Of a stretch of 64,000 nt of DNA, positions 39,065-49,898 are shown piece after piece. Made by a program: the position numbers and the translations under genes. The notes under the pieces are model-generated. The model was not told the origin of the DNA and did not search any database. It was given only the letters and a program-made list of their open reading frames with translations. The stretch lies in contig CAXRHT010000002.1 in NCBI GenBank assembly GCA_964230645.1, forward strand, positions 1,120,001 to 1,184,000, read 5' to 3'. Positions within the stretch are counted from its first letter, which is position 1. The number at the start of each line of letters is the position of its first letter. The stretch comes from Bdellovibrionales bacterium. GTDB lineage: Bacteria; Bdellovibrionota; Bdellovibrionia; Bdellovibrionales; JAGQZY01.

Positions 39065-40084
39065 TTATGAGTGATTGTTTCCCATATACCAATTTACTGT
39101 AGCTTCAATCCCATCTTCAAAACGCCACTGCGGTCGCCAACCTATTTCAGCCTCCAGTTTACTACAGTCAACCGCGTATCTCTGGTCGTGGCCGGGCCTA
39201 TCCTCAACGAACTTGATCAATTCGGAGTAACTCTTCCCATTCGACCTTGGTACTCTTCTATCTAAAATTCTACAAATTGTGTGACATAAATCGATATTGG
39301 TCCGCTCTTCGTTCCCTCCAATATTATAGGTCTCTCCAGCCTTGCCTTTAAAAAAAACATTAATAATCGCTTCACAATGGTCTGCTACAAAAAGCCAGTC
39401 TCTTATATTTTCCCCATCGCCATAAATTGGTATATAATCTTCGTTCAGCGCTTTTCGAATGATTACAGGGATAAACTTTTCCTTATTTTGAAATGGCCCG
39501 TAGTTATTAGAACAGTTTGTAGTTACAGTGTTCAAACCAAAAGTGCGAAAATAACTGCGCACTAGAAAGTCTGCTGCAGCTTTCGAAGCACTATAAGGCG
39601 AATTTGGAGCGTAAGGTGTGGTTTCTTTGAATTTCCCCTCCTGCCCCAAAGAACCATAAACCTCATCAGTTGATATATGGTGAAAGCGAAATTCTTCGCA
39701 CCCCAACTTTACAGAATAGGGGGCGTTCATCCATGTTTTATAAGCATAATGTAGAAGGTTGAATGTGCCGTTTACATTGGTTTTTACAAAAGCTTCTGGA
39801 TCTAAAATCGAATTATCAACATGCGACTCCGCCGCAAAATGAACGACACCGGTAATATTGAAATCTTGAAAAATTTTTTTAACTACTACAGCATCACATA
39901 CGTCGCCGTGGATAAAGTGATATTGGTCAGGACCCATCTCATTAATATTTTTTAAATCTGCAGCATAAGTAAGCTTATCTAAATTTATCACTTTGTAGCT
40001 AGGATTTTTTTTACAGAATAGATTGATGTAATTCGCGCCAATAAATCCAGCCCCACCAGTGACTAGTAAATTTTGTTGCGTCAT
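39065..40084 (-). CDS. rfbB: dTDP-glucose 4,6-dehydratase
   Basis: VTGGAGFIG, DKLTYA, HFAAESHVDNSI, STDEVYG, YSASK, DRPGHDQRY; GGAG SD before ATG 40084. Confidence 0.96.
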   Translation of the reverse strand: MTQQNLLVTGGAGFIGANYINLFCKKNPSYKVINLDKLTYAADLKNINEMGPDQYHFIHGDVCDAVVVKKIFQDFNITGVVHFAAESHVDNSILDPEAFVKTNVNGTFNLLHYAYKTWMNAPYSVKLGCEEFRFHHISTDEVYGSLGQEGKFKETTPYAPNSPYSASKAAADFLVRSYFRTFGLNTVTTNCSNNYGPFQNKEKFIPVIIRKALNEDYIPIYGDGENIRDWLFVADHCEAIINVFFKGKAGETYNIGGNEERTNIDLCHTICRILDRRVPRSNGKSYSELIKFVEDRPGHDQRYAVDCSKLEAEIGWRPQWRFEDGIEATVNWYMGNNHS

Positions 40085-40238
40085 TACTCCCCCTTTTTTT
40101 AAGTTGCTCTGCTTTGTTCGTCTTCTCAAAATACCAATTGAAGAAAAAAAATAAAAGGATATTCGCATTTACGCTAGTATTACAAGATGGAATATACAGC
40201 TTAACTCACCGTCGGTCTAATTTGCAGCGTGGTCGCAA

Positions 40239-42059
40239 TCACAAGTTATTATCGACTCTAATGATATTCTTCAGAATCTCCTCACCCCCAGCTAGTGTGG
40301 ACTTTTCAAGATCTATAATCTCAATAGAATCAGCCACAATATTTACTGCACTCGTTGGACAAAATTTCTGGTACCTTGTGTTCAGAAAGATTAATACACC
40401 ACAAGCTACTTTTTCAGGATCTACGATAGGCGTATAATTATCCTTAAATATCCGAAATGAAATTCTCGAATTTCTTTGAGGGGAAAAGTCGTCAATCTCT
40501 ATAACCCGATAAATTCCATTCCTCCCCCCTTCTGCAGCTGTCTTTTCCATTATATTCTCAATCGCCTCGAGAATATCGTCCCTTTTCGAGTCAAAATTCG
40601 CTACGATTATCTTATCATAAAAATCCGCCCCCCCCTCCAATCTACTAGGTAACGGAATCGGGAAGGGCTTCCGCCCATCTACACAAATAGATCGATCCTG
40701 AACTGTTTGCTCGCTCTGATGCCAGGCCCTAAAGGATGAGATGTACTCCTTTCTCAATCCGTGGCTTATCGAAAACGCTGAGGTCGCTTTTAATTTTGTC
40801 AGCGAATTTTCTCTGAATCCCAAAAATGTCATTGGAAGGCTAGCTAGTACTAGCTCTGGACTGGCTAAGTCGACAGCCCTGCAAAACCTCTCAACAAGTT
40901 CAGAATCCGCTCCAACTCTGACTTCATCCCAATTCCCGTATTTCTTGAAGAAAGAAATCGGACTCATCAAAGAAGAGTAATTTCTCTTCATTATGGAAGA
41001 CGACCCAAGCATGTTCCGAAAAAGATAAGGCGGTGATGTGGTCAGACAAATACCCATAGTCCACGTCAAATTTTCAGAATTTTGGTGTCTCATTTGGAGT
41101 TCGAATTTCTGGGGGTGTGACCAATCATCCGTGTCATGCACAGTGACGAAGTCCCCTTGGGCAATATCAAGCGCCGTATTTCTGGACCTATACGCTCCTT
41201 GATTTTTGGAATTATGGAGTGTTCTTATACGTGGATCTTTTGCTGCATAACTGCTTATTATTCCACGAGTATTGTCACTACTAAAATCGTCTACAATTAA
41301 AAGTTCAAGGTTACTCCAAGATTGTCTGAGTACGCTCTCAATTGCAAAACCAATTGTATCTTCGCAATTATACGCAGGCATTAAAACACTTATTTTTTTA
41401 GTTGGGTTTTTAACCTTAGGAGCTTTAGACTCCAAATCGAAAAAAATCGAAGAGGATTTTTGATCGAGAAGCTCTACCGGCGCAAGTCCTAGCTCTTCGT
41501 ACAAATTTTTAAGTACATGAAAGAATTCCCTATGAGAACCACTACCGGATAATAATTTCAGGTTAGATTTCATCGCTTCATGTTGTACAGTTTTGCCAAA
41601 TTTACCGCTGGTTTCCTCTACTAAAGCACTAAGCTCTGGCACCTTACCCAGTCTTGTAAGCAATTCCGCATACCTACATGCCTCCCGAAACATGTGCCTC
41701 CTGAATTTGGGCCTACATAATTCAATTTTTGTAACCTCTAACTCTGGCTGTATATTACCCGAAGAAATGCCAATCTCAGCCAAGACTAGATGTGAAAAAA
41801 AGCAATCGGCTTTACTTGACGAGGCCTCTTTTCTTAGGACCTCCTCCCAAAACAGCATTGGAAAACCACACAAAGCAACATTTGAAAATTGGACTAATCT
41901 GCAGCTGACTTCGTAACCCATGAAAGCCTTAAAAACGCTTCTAAAACGACGATAGTAGAGCTTAATTCTTTTTCTAAAATGTGCTGGAATTATCATTCGA
42001 ACCAAGCGTTTCAGCCTATACTTCAAAGCTGAGGTTACTCGTTGGCGGCTAAAGATCAT
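40239..42059 (-). CDS. GT2 glycosyltransferase with long N-terminal extension
   Basis: SVLMPAYN, IVDDFSSD, GAYRSRN, HDTDDWSHP, VRVGADSE. Confidence 0.9.
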   Translation of the reverse strand: MIFSRQRVTSALKYRLKRLVRMIIPAHFRKRIKLYYRRFRSVFKAFMGYEVSCRLVQFSNVALCGFPMLFWEEVLRKEASSSKADCFFSHLVLAEIGISSGNIQPELEVTKIELCRPKFRRHMFREACRYAELLTRLGKVPELSALVEETSGKFGKTVQHEAMKSNLKLLSGSGSHREFFHVLKNLYEELGLAPVELLDQKSSSIFFDLESKAPKVKNPTKKISVLMPAYNCEDTIGFAIESVLRQSWSNLELLIVDDFSSDNTRGIISSYAAKDPRIRTLHNSKNQGAYRSRNTALDIAQGDFVTVHDTDDWSHPQKFELQMRHQNSENLTWTMGICLTTSPPYLFRNMLGSSSIMKRNYSSLMSPISFFKKYGNWDEVRVGADSELVERFCRAVDLASPELVLASLPMTFLGFRENSLTKLKATSAFSISHGLRKEYISSFRAWHQSEQTVQDRSICVDGRKPFPIPLPSRLEGGADFYDKIIVANFDSKRDDILEAIENIMEKTAAEGGRNGIYRVIEIDDFSPQRNSRISFRIFKDNYTPIVDPEKVACGVLIFLNTRYQKFCPTSAVNIVADSIEIIDLEKSTLAGGEEILKNIIRVDNNL

Positions 42060-42308
42060 ACCTTACATTCCCAATTGGTTTGAAGTTACATGGCGTACCA
42101 AATTTCTGAGTAGTTGGGAAGTGTAAACCTCTGGGAGCAATAGAGAAAACTGCAAATGACTTAACTTTAGATTCCATGGCGCAGTATAAATCAACTACTT
42201 GCACCGCATAACAAAAACCAAGGTTATGCCGCCACGCCGAGTCATCTGATTCTATAATGGCTTCGCTTACGCTCGTAAATTAAAAGAACATGAGAAGCCG
42301 GAGAAAAC

Positions 42309-44177
42309 ATGTTACAAAAAATAGCTCTCGCACTAGGCATTGAAAAACAGGCGTATTCGCTTCTGATTCAGTTTTATAATTTTTACGGATTTAAATGTAA
42401 AAAGCAACTTTCCTTATTGTTATTTGGTGCTGTTATTTCAGGCGTAATTGAAATCCTCGGTTTGATCCTTCTATACGTTCTTATACGACTGATGATTGAT
42501 TTTAAAGGGTTCGCTGAGAATCACACCCTCGTAAAAATCTTCAGTTTTTTCCACCTAGAAGACCCCAATATCATTATACCTATTTTCGGCGGCTTCATCC
42601 TTTCGATTTTCGTTTTTAAAAATGTTTACTTGATGTTTTACTACCTCCTTCAGCATAAAATTTTAAAGCAGTGGAAATTCGAAATTTCATCAAATTTGAT
42701 GGAACGTTATATAAAGGCACCATACACTTTTCTTCTATCATATAACTCTGCAACAATAATAAGAAACGTAAATTCGACAGTCACTACAGCCTTAAATGGG
42801 TTCGTTCTGTCGGCACTAAACTATTTTGCAAATTTAATAGCTGGGCTGATTGTACTATCCTTATTATGCTTGAGGTATTTAGAGGTCACCTTACTTATCG
42901 CGTTTATTCTAGCAATCTCAACTGTAATTCAAAATAAGTTTCTTCGAAAAAAACAGCAAGATCTTGGTCGCTTAAAGGAAGAATTAGCTAGTGAGCAAAC
43001 TAAAAGTGTCTATCAAGGTATTCACGCTGTAAAAGAAACCAAGGTGAGTGGAAAAGAGAAATACTTCTTGGACATTTTTAAACATATCAATAAGACGGCA
43101 ATCGATACGGAGTCGAAAGCATTGTTTTACACCCGTTTGCCCGCCCATACTACAGAGATAGTTATTGTCATATCGATAATAATAATTACTGTTTCGGTTT
43201 TGATGGATACAGCAGGAAATCTAGCACTTTCCCTTTCATCACTAGGAGTACTCGGAGCAATCGCATTTCGTTTGGCACCTATAATGAACAGACTAATTAG
43301 CGCTATGCAAGCGATGAACAAGAATAATCATTCTATGAAACTTCTATTTGCTGAAATTGAAAAACTAAAAAATCTTACCCTTGATTTCGCAGATAGATCT
43401 GAGGTGGTCCCTCTACCATTTGACCAAACTATCAAATTCGACAAAGTTCGCTTTAGATATCCCCGAGCAAAAGTGGACGCTCTTAAAAGTATCGATTTAA
43501 AGATTCAAAAAGGAGAGTTCATCGGTATTTTAGGAGAATCCGGAGCGGGCAAAACGACTTTAGTAGACATCTTTTTAGGCTTGCTTTCCCCCACACGAGG
43601 CTCCGTTTCTATAGATGATATTGAATTAACTATGGAAAACAATCAGGGATGGCAGAAAAATCTCGCTTACGTGCCTCAGAGTATATACCTGAGCGATTCT
43701 TCAATAGCTGAAAACATCGCTTTTGGTGTAGAAAAAAATAAAATTGATCGTAGCAGAGTACTGGAATGTGTAGAAGCGACAATGCTAAAGCCATTCGTTG
43801 AAAGCAAGAAGGAAGGTATAGATTTCATCGTTGGTGAAAACGGTAAAAGACTTTCTGGCGGTCAAAAGCAAAGAATTGGAATCGCAAGAGCTCTTTATAG
43901 TGGTGCTGAAGTCCTAGTTCTTGATGAAGCTACAGCAGCTTTAGATGTTCCAACAGAAGTTGAAATCACTAAGGCCATTAATAATATTAGGGAAAAGAAA
44001 ACTATATTAGTGATAGCTCATCGATTATCGACAATAATTGACGCCGATCGCCTCGTCTTTCTAAAGAATGGAGAGATAGAGGGAATTGGCCGATTTGATG
44101 AATTGTATAATAACTCGCCCGAATTCAACAAAATTGCAAAACTAGCAAAAATTAATCCAAGCTCAGAAATTCTCTAA
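42309..44177 (+). CDS. ABC transporter, fused permease/ATPase (PglK/MsbA-like lipid-linked glycan flippase)
   Basis: N-terminal TMD; Walker A GESGAGKT; LSGGQKQRIGIARA; LVLDEAT; IAHRLST. Confidence 0.92.
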   Translation: MLQKIALALGIEKQAYSLLIQFYNFYGFKCKKQLSLLLFGAVISGVIEILGLILLYVLIRLMIDFKGFAENHTLVKIFSFFHLEDPNIIIPIFGGFILSIFVFKNVYLMFYYLLQHKILKQWKFEISSNLMERYIKAPYTFLLSYNSATIIRNVNSTVTTALNGFVLSALNYFANLIAGLIVLSLLCLRYLEVTLLIAFILAISTVIQNKFLRKKQQDLGRLKEELASEQTKSVYQGIHAVKETKVSGKEKYFLDIFKHINKTAIDTESKALFYTRLPAHTTEIVIVISIIIITVSVLMDTAGNLALSLSSLGVLGAIAFRLAPIMNRLISAMQAMNKNNHSMKLLFAEIEKLKNLTLDFADRSEVVPLPFDQTIKFDKVRFRYPRAKVDALKSIDLKIQKGEFIGILGESGAGKTTLVDIFLGLLSPTRGSVSIDDIELTMENNQGWQKNLAYVPQSIYLSDSSIAENIAFGVEKNKIDRSRVLECVEATMLKPFVESKKEGIDFIVGENGKRLSGGQKQRIGIARALYSGAEVLVLDEATAALDVPTEVEITKAINNIREKKTILVIAHRLSTIIDADRLVFLKNGEIEGIGRFDELYNNSPEFNKIAKLAKINPSSEIL

Positions 44178-46730
44178 GTGAATATAAAAAATGTGATTTT
44201 TAAAATTTTAAGTTCTTTAGAGAAACTTCGAAGCGAGTGGGGCTCAAAGACCGTCTCAGACTTTTTCGTATCAAATAAAAACCACCTTAAAGCAATAGCT
44301 GAACCGATTCTTGGAAATTATAGCAACCGACAACTTGAAAGCCTTATTGCTTCAATAACCACCTACAGGTGGGTAAACAAACAGATACTATTAATAGTGG
44401 TGAAGTATCTCTATCACGTAAGAGGCCGTTTTTCTTATATTTATTCTCTCCCCATAGATCTCGTGAATAACATACCTTTTCTAACCCGAGTACAGGAAGA
44501 CCATCATTTATTTAAGAATGATTTTGATGTAATTCATAAAAAGGAGTTAGATTATACTCCCGTCGGACATGTTCTCTATATTAGCGCTTCAAGCTTATTA
44601 AATAGTCTAAATGGCTATGCTAATAGGAGCCATCAAATTGCAAAATCGATTGTTGAGCAGGGGAATACCGTGACGCTCCTTAGCTTTGCAACGAAAACGA
44701 TCGATGAACTGAAAGAACGCCGAATTATCGATGGTGTCGAGTATGTTACTTATTACTTTTCTCCCCAAGAACTCCAGAGCGGGATTATTTCAAATTCCTA
44801 TTATCTCTCCCAGTTTATAGAAACTGAAGCCAGGCGAAACAAAAGTTCAGTTATTCATGCTGGATCTAATTACGAAAATGCACTGCCGGGGTTCGTCGCC
44901 AGTAAAAAAGTTGGTATTCCCTTTATTTACGAAGCTCGTGGTCTTTGGCATTATACCAAAGCGACCCTGCAGGCCGACTGGCAGGAATCAGAACGGTTTA
45001 AATTAGCCGAGAAGATGGAAAAGTTGTTAATGGAACGGGCTGATGTGGTCTTTTCGATCTCAAGTCAGCTTCGCAATTTTATTACGAAAAAATACTCGAT
45101 TGAGCCCAGTAAGGTATTTCTGTTGAAAAACAGCGTACCAAGCTTAATTGGAGAGTTTCACAAACCGCAAAAAAAATCTGAGCCTTTTATTTTAGGTTAC
45201 CTAGGAAGTCTAACGGGTTATGAGGGGGTAGATTCTCTTCTGGAAGCTCTATCTTTGGCAAAGAAATCAGCTCATTCAATCAAGTTGCGCATCGGTGGCG
45301 AAGGCGTCCAGCGACAAGGACTTGAGATACATGCAAAAAAGTTGAATCTTTCTACTGAGGTTGAGTTTCTGGGGACGATCAACCGTGATCAGATTGACGA
45401 TTTTTATGAACAAGTTGATTTGATGGTATATCCGAGAAAGTCTTCACAACTCACCGAACTTATCCCTCCAATGAAAGTCTTGGAACCTGCGTGTTTTCAG
45501 ACTCTCACGTTAACTTCAAACCTTGCGCCTATTGTGGAAATTTGTGAATGCATTCCTACTATTGTTACTGCTGATCTCACTACACCAAAAAAAATCCTAA
45601 AAAATGTTTTAACGATCAAAAAGAATTTTGATACGCTTCAAAGTCAGTTCAAGACCTTTGATTTCAAAGAACACACCTGGAAAGTGCAGGCAAAAAACTA
45701 CATCAAGACTTTAGATACAGCCTTGAGCCTTGAGTTGTCTTCCAAGCCATATCTTTTACCAAAGAAAAATATATTATTTGCGTCTCATGACCTGAAGTTT
45801 ATTAAATTTTTACTCCCTTTACTCGAAGAGAACTATGATGTTTCAATTAGCGACTGGCTCGGTCATAATAAAGCGAAAGATTTAAATAGTGAAAAAAGTT
45901 TAGCTCAAAATAGCGATATAATTTTTTGTGAATGGGGACTCGGAAACCTTGTATTTCATTCAAGAGAGAAGAAAGACAACCAGGTTTTAATTACTCGTAT
46001 TCATGCTCAAGAGTTTCGTACCGATTACCTCAGTCGAGTCATATGGAATAAGGTAGATCACGTAATTTTGGTCTCTGAAGTTTATAAGAATAATTTCTTG
46101 AAACTTTCGAGAATGAGCCCTGAAAAGATTTCGATTATCCCCAATTACTCTAACCCTAATATTCAGTTTACCCCGAGGAGCGCACCTTTTAGGAAAATTG
46201 GATTAGTTGGTGCAATTCCTCGAAATAAAAGACTAGATCTTGCATTAGAACTTATCGAGGGTCTAAATTCTGTGTCTGAAGACTATGAACTACACATCTT
46301 AAGTAAAAAACCAGAAGAGCTTTCTTGGGTCAAGAATAACCGTTCGGAGATGAAATACTTTAAGAAATGTCTCATGGATTTGGAATCTTTAAAGAAGTCT
46401 GGGGTCAAAATATTTTGGCATGACTTTACCGATAAGCCAGAAGAGTTTTATGATAAAGTCGATGTTGTTATCTCTGTAAGTGATCGTGAATCCTTTCATA
46501 TGACAATTGCTGATGGCTTGGCTAGCGGCTGCTTCCCAGCTATTTTAGAGTGGCCTGGTGCTCGTTCTATTTATGATGAGAGGTTTATCCGATCTAATCT
46601 TACAGATCTTAAAGATCTCATTGTTAGCTTTAGCAGTGAGTATTCAACAAACTCCGTTATTGAGCCTTTAGCCGATGAATTCAAAATTGATAAAGTAAAA
46701 CAGAAATTTCTATCAGTGCTTGAGTCTTGA
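44178..46730 (+). CDS. Multidomain GT4 glycosyltransferase with two GT-B modules
   Basis: GYANRS, YEARGLW, GSLTGYEG, PPMKVLE; second module HDLKF, CEW.LGN, ESFHMTIADG. Confidence 0.88.
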   Translation: MNIKNVIFKILSSLEKLRSEWGSKTVSDFFVSNKNHLKAIAEPILGNYSNRQLESLIASITTYRWVNKQILLIVVKYLYHVRGRFSYIYSLPIDLVNNIPFLTRVQEDHHLFKNDFDVIHKKELDYTPVGHVLYISASSLLNSLNGYANRSHQIAKSIVEQGNTVTLLSFATKTIDELKERRIIDGVEYVTYYFSPQELQSGIISNSYYLSQFIETEARRNKSSVIHAGSNYENALPGFVASKKVGIPFIYEARGLWHYTKATLQADWQESERFKLAEKMEKLLMERADVVFSISSQLRNFITKKYSIEPSKVFLLKNSVPSLIGEFHKPQKKSEPFILGYLGSLTGYEGVDSLLEALSLAKKSAHSIKLRIGGEGVQRQGLEIHAKKLNLSTEVEFLGTINRDQIDDFYEQVDLMVYPRKSSQLTELIPPMKVLEPACFQTLTLTSNLAPIVEICECIPTIVTADLTTPKKILKNVLTIKKNFDTLQSQFKTFDFKEHTWKVQAKNYIKTLDTALSLELSSKPYLLPKKNILFASHDLKFIKFLLPLLEENYDVSISDWLGHNKAKDLNSEKSLAQNSDIIFCEWGLGNLVFHSREKKDNQVLITRIHAQEFRTDYLSRVIWNKVDHVILVSEVYKNNFLKLSRMSPEKISIIPNYSNPNIQFTPRSAPFRKIGLVGAIPRNKRLDLALELIEGLNSVSEDYELHILSKKPEELSWVKNNRSEMKYFKKCLMDLESLKKSGVKIFWHDFTDKPEEFYDKVDVVISVSDRESFHMTIADGLASGCFPAILEWPGARSIYDERFIRSNLTDLKDLIVSFSSEYSTNSVIEPLADEFKIDKVKQKFLSVLES

Positions 46731-47957
46731 ATTCTTTTTTGATCTTGCTAGTGAGGCGATTAAGCTAGCAAAAAATATGAAGGTATGATTTATCTCGGCA
46801 TCTTTGAATGCACATTCTGTAAGATTCCCTACTAATATAGTAACAAACAGGGTCAATGTTCCAATCGCTATATATTTATTTTTCCCATCAATGATCAGAT
46901 TATAATTCTTTTTAAGTAAGACGAAAATAAAGCCTAAATAAAAAAGTAGACCAAAAATACCTGTACCAACTAGGAATTGCAGGTAATCATTATGGGCGTG
47001 GGATTCGTGACCGTCTACTATCCCCAGTTTATCAAAATATTTTCCGATGAGCACATCATTGTATTCATAACCAACACCCAACCATGGGTGATCTTTGAAC
47101 ATGGCCCAGTTAGCGCGCCAGATTTCAATTCGTTCTGAGTTGCTGTTGTCTTGGAAATTAACGACTGATGTGATTCTGTTTTGGAAATCGCTATCGGCTA
47201 ATGCTAGGGCTACCACAAAAATTGGACCTAGAACCAATAAGATTTTTACGAGTTTCTTATTGATGAAATAGGCGGCCACTAGAATTCCGAAGGCTAGAGC
47301 GATCCATACACCTCTAGAGTAACTTGTTACAATACTTGCGAATACTATGAGGCTTGTGAGACTATAGAGTAAGAAGAATTTATTCTTAATTCCTTTTTCG
47401 AAGAAGACTCTGGCAGCTTGGGCAAAAAGTATACAGAAAAAGCCTGAGTACACATAGCCGTAGGTTAATGGATTATTGAAAAAACCGATGGAGCGAAATC
47501 TTAGGACTCCACCCTCGTCAATTGCTTTTGAGAAAACGAAGTTTTCATCTCTTAAAAGGTCAAGACCTGTCCAGAACTGGGTGAATGCAAAAAAAGCGAC
47601 TAAGCCAACTAAGGGTGTGAAGTATGGTAGCAGCTTTTTAAATTTCACCGGGAAATTAATCTCTCTCATTAGATTAAAGATAAAATAATAGACGAAAACC
47701 CATCGAAGCTTTCCGATGCCGTGAATGAGATGCTTTTGCGGTAGATCGTTTTGAAAGGCACTAATAACGCCCACCGTAAATAGTCCTAGAGCTGGCCAAA
47801 ACCCCACTGGTACTCTCCAGTCAGTCTTCTGTCTGGATACCATAAGGACAAGGCCAATAATGCATAGAAGAGAGGAGGCCATCTCCATGACCCCTAATGA
47901 GATTGGAAGAGCAAATAAATATACTGAAAGTAGAAAAACTAAAACGGTTTGTAGCAT
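46713..47957 (-). CDS. O-antigen ligase family protein (WaaL/Wzy_C)
   Basis: Polytopic; SYSRGVW, SERIEIW, HPWLGVG, HAHNDYLQ..V.TGIFG. Confidence 0.88.
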   Translation of the reverse strand: MLQTVLVFLLSVYLFALPISLGVMEMASSLLCIIGLVLMVSRQKTDWRVPVGFWPALGLFTVGVISAFQNDLPQKHLIHGIGKLRWVFVYYFIFNLMREINFPVKFKKLLPYFTPLVGLVAFFAFTQFWTGLDLLRDENFVFSKAIDEGGVLRFRSIGFFNNPLTYGYVYSGFFCILFAQAARVFFEKGIKNKFFLLYSLTSLIVFASIVTSYSRGVWIALAFGILVAAYFINKKLVKILLVLGPIFVVALALADSDFQNRITSVVNFQDNSNSERIEIWRANWAMFKDHPWLGVGYEYNDVLIGKYFDKLGIVDGHESHAHNDYLQFLVGTGIFGLLFYLGFIFVLLKKNYNLIIDGKNKYIAIGTLTLFVTILVGNLTECAFKDAEINHTFIFFASLIASLARSKKNSRLKH

Positions 47958-49889
47958 TTAGCTCACTTCTTTAGTTGTTGAATGGTTTCCTATATAAGTC
48001 TTATGCCAAAGGACAAAATTGTAAAGGTACCAGAGCTGGTTGGCTTTTTTCTGCTCAATGAGACCTTCTATGTATTCAGGATTAAAATATTTCGTTTCCT
48101 TAGCAAAGCTTCTGATTTCAGCCTTCATTTCATCACCCAGGCGCTCTAAAAGCCACTCGTGGACTGGAACGCCGAATCCCTGTTTTTTTCGATCGATAAT
48201 CTTATCAGGAATGAGGCCTCGTACGGCTTTTTTTAGGATGTATTTACTAATGCCTCGTTTCGTTTTTTTGCCTGTGGGTATTCCCATGGCGTACTCAATG
48301 AACTCGTGATCAAGGAATGGGACCCTGGCTTCAAGGCTTACTCCCATGCTCATTTTATCGACTCTCATCAATAGGAGCTCTGGAAGTCTTAGCTTTAAGT
48401 CAAGGTAGGACATCCAGTTGAGATTGGTGGGTCTTTTACATGTGGCTTTGAATTTTTCAAAATGGGTTTTAACTACATCCCAGGATGATATTTTTCCAAG
48501 GCGATTTTTAAACTCTTTACTGAGAAGTTGCTGTTTCTGAGTTTCGGTAAAGGCCTCAGCCCCTCCCCAGAATACGGGTTGACCTTCTACACCTCTTCTT
48601 AAGAGTTCATAAGACTCGGTTTTCTCTTTTCCAGAGAGCTTTAAAAGTTTGAGGGCACCCTTTTTAAAGATGTTTGGTACTGGAAAGTCATTGAGTTGCG
48701 CGAGATAGTATTTAGCCTGCCAACTTCTATAGCCCCAAAAAAGCTCGTCAGCGCCTTCGCCTACTTGGCAAACAGTGACTCCGTTATCTCTTGCTAATTT
48801 TGATACATAGTAAACGGGAACACATACTGGATCAGCAATGGGCTCATCTTGAAGCTCGATCATTTTAGGAAGAAAGTCTAAGAGGTCATCGACTGTGAGC
48901 CTTTTTTCAAAGTGATCAGATTTTATAAGATCTGCGACCTCTTTAGCAAAATGAAGCTCGTTCTTGTAACTTCCATAATCGCTGTCATAACCTATGGAGA
49001 AAGTCTTAATCTTTTCTTTTCCTTTATCGGAGAAAAGAGCGGCGTTGGTACTTGAATCAATACCACCTGAGAGAAAAACCCCTACTGGCACATCTCCAAT
49101 TTTTCTGTACTCCACTGCTTTTTTTAATTTTTCAATAGTTCCCTTGGTGATTTTCTCTTCATCATCAGTGTCCATGGGCTTAACGTTATCAAAGACGTCC
49201 CAGTAGGGCTCTGAGGTCGGTTCATTTCCATTTTTGATAAGCATCTTGTGGCCACTAGGAAGTTTACTTATTCCTTTGAAAAGAGTTTCAGGCGCTGGTG
49301 TCGTGAGAAAGGAGAGAAAATGGTAAAAGGCTTTTTCGTTAACCTCAGGAGTGTAGGCTGGATCTTTAAGAAGGGCCTTAATTTCTGATGCGAAGACAAA
49401 GCGCCCATCCTGAATCGTATAATAAAGGGGCTTTATGCCCATACGATCCCTGGCTACAAACAATTCTTTTTTCTGATCATCCCAAATGGCGAAAGCAAAC
49501 ATGCCTTTGAAATGATTGAGGCAATCTTCGCCCCAATGAATATAGGATTGGAGAAGGACTTCGGTGTCAGAGTGATCGGTTTGCCAGTCTGTGATTCCTA
49601 GTTTTATTAATTCTTCTTTGATCTCTGAATGATTATAGATTTCGCCGTTAAAGGTAAGAGCGTAACGGCCATCAGAACTTAGCATGGGCTGAGAGGCTTT
49701 CTCTGAGAGATCAATGATTGATAGTCTTCTGTGAGCTAAGCCCACTTCTTTTTCGTTATTGATCCAAAGGCCACATCCATCGGGGCCCCGATGGATCATG
49801 GTGTCGCGCATGTTAATTAGGTAAGGCTCATCAATTTGAAATTGATTACGGCTGGGTTGAAATTGGAAACTTCCTGCAACACCACACAC
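47958..49889 (-). CDS. asnB: Asparagine synthase-like glutamine amidotransferase (probably glycan amidation)
   Basis: N-terminal Cys (MCGVAG), HRGPD, FNGEIYN, SDTEV, RDRMGIKPLYY, LSGGIDSS, GEGADE, SLEARVPFLD, RKKQGF. Confidence 0.93.
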   Translation of the reverse strand: MCGVAGSFQFQPSRNQFQIDEPYLINMRDTMIHRGPDGCGLWINNEKEVGLAHRRLSIIDLSEKASQPMLSSDGRYALTFNGEIYNHSEIKEELIKLGITDWQTDHSDTEVLLQSYIHWGEDCLNHFKGMFAFAIWDDQKKELFVARDRMGIKPLYYTIQDGRFVFASEIKALLKDPAYTPEVNEKAFYHFLSFLTTPAPETLFKGISKLPSGHKMLIKNGNEPTSEPYWDVFDNVKPMDTDDEEKITKGTIEKLKKAVEYRKIGDVPVGVFLSGGIDSSTNAALFSDKGKEKIKTFSIGYDSDYGSYKNELHFAKEVADLIKSDHFEKRLTVDDLLDFLPKMIELQDEPIADPVCVPVYYVSKLARDNGVTVCQVGEGADELFWGYRSWQAKYYLAQLNDFPVPNIFKKGALKLLKLSGKEKTESYELLRRGVEGQPVFWGGAEAFTETQKQQLLSKEFKNRLGKISSWDVVKTHFEKFKATCKRPTNLNWMSYLDLKLRLPELLLMRVDKMSMGVSLEARVPFLDHEFIEYAMGIPTGKKTKRGISKYILKKAVRGLIPDKIIDRKKQGFGVPVHEWLLERLGDEMKAEIRSFAKETKYFNPEYIEGLIEQKKANQLWYLYNFVLWHKTYIGNHSTTKEVS

Positions 49890-49898
49890 GTTTTAATC

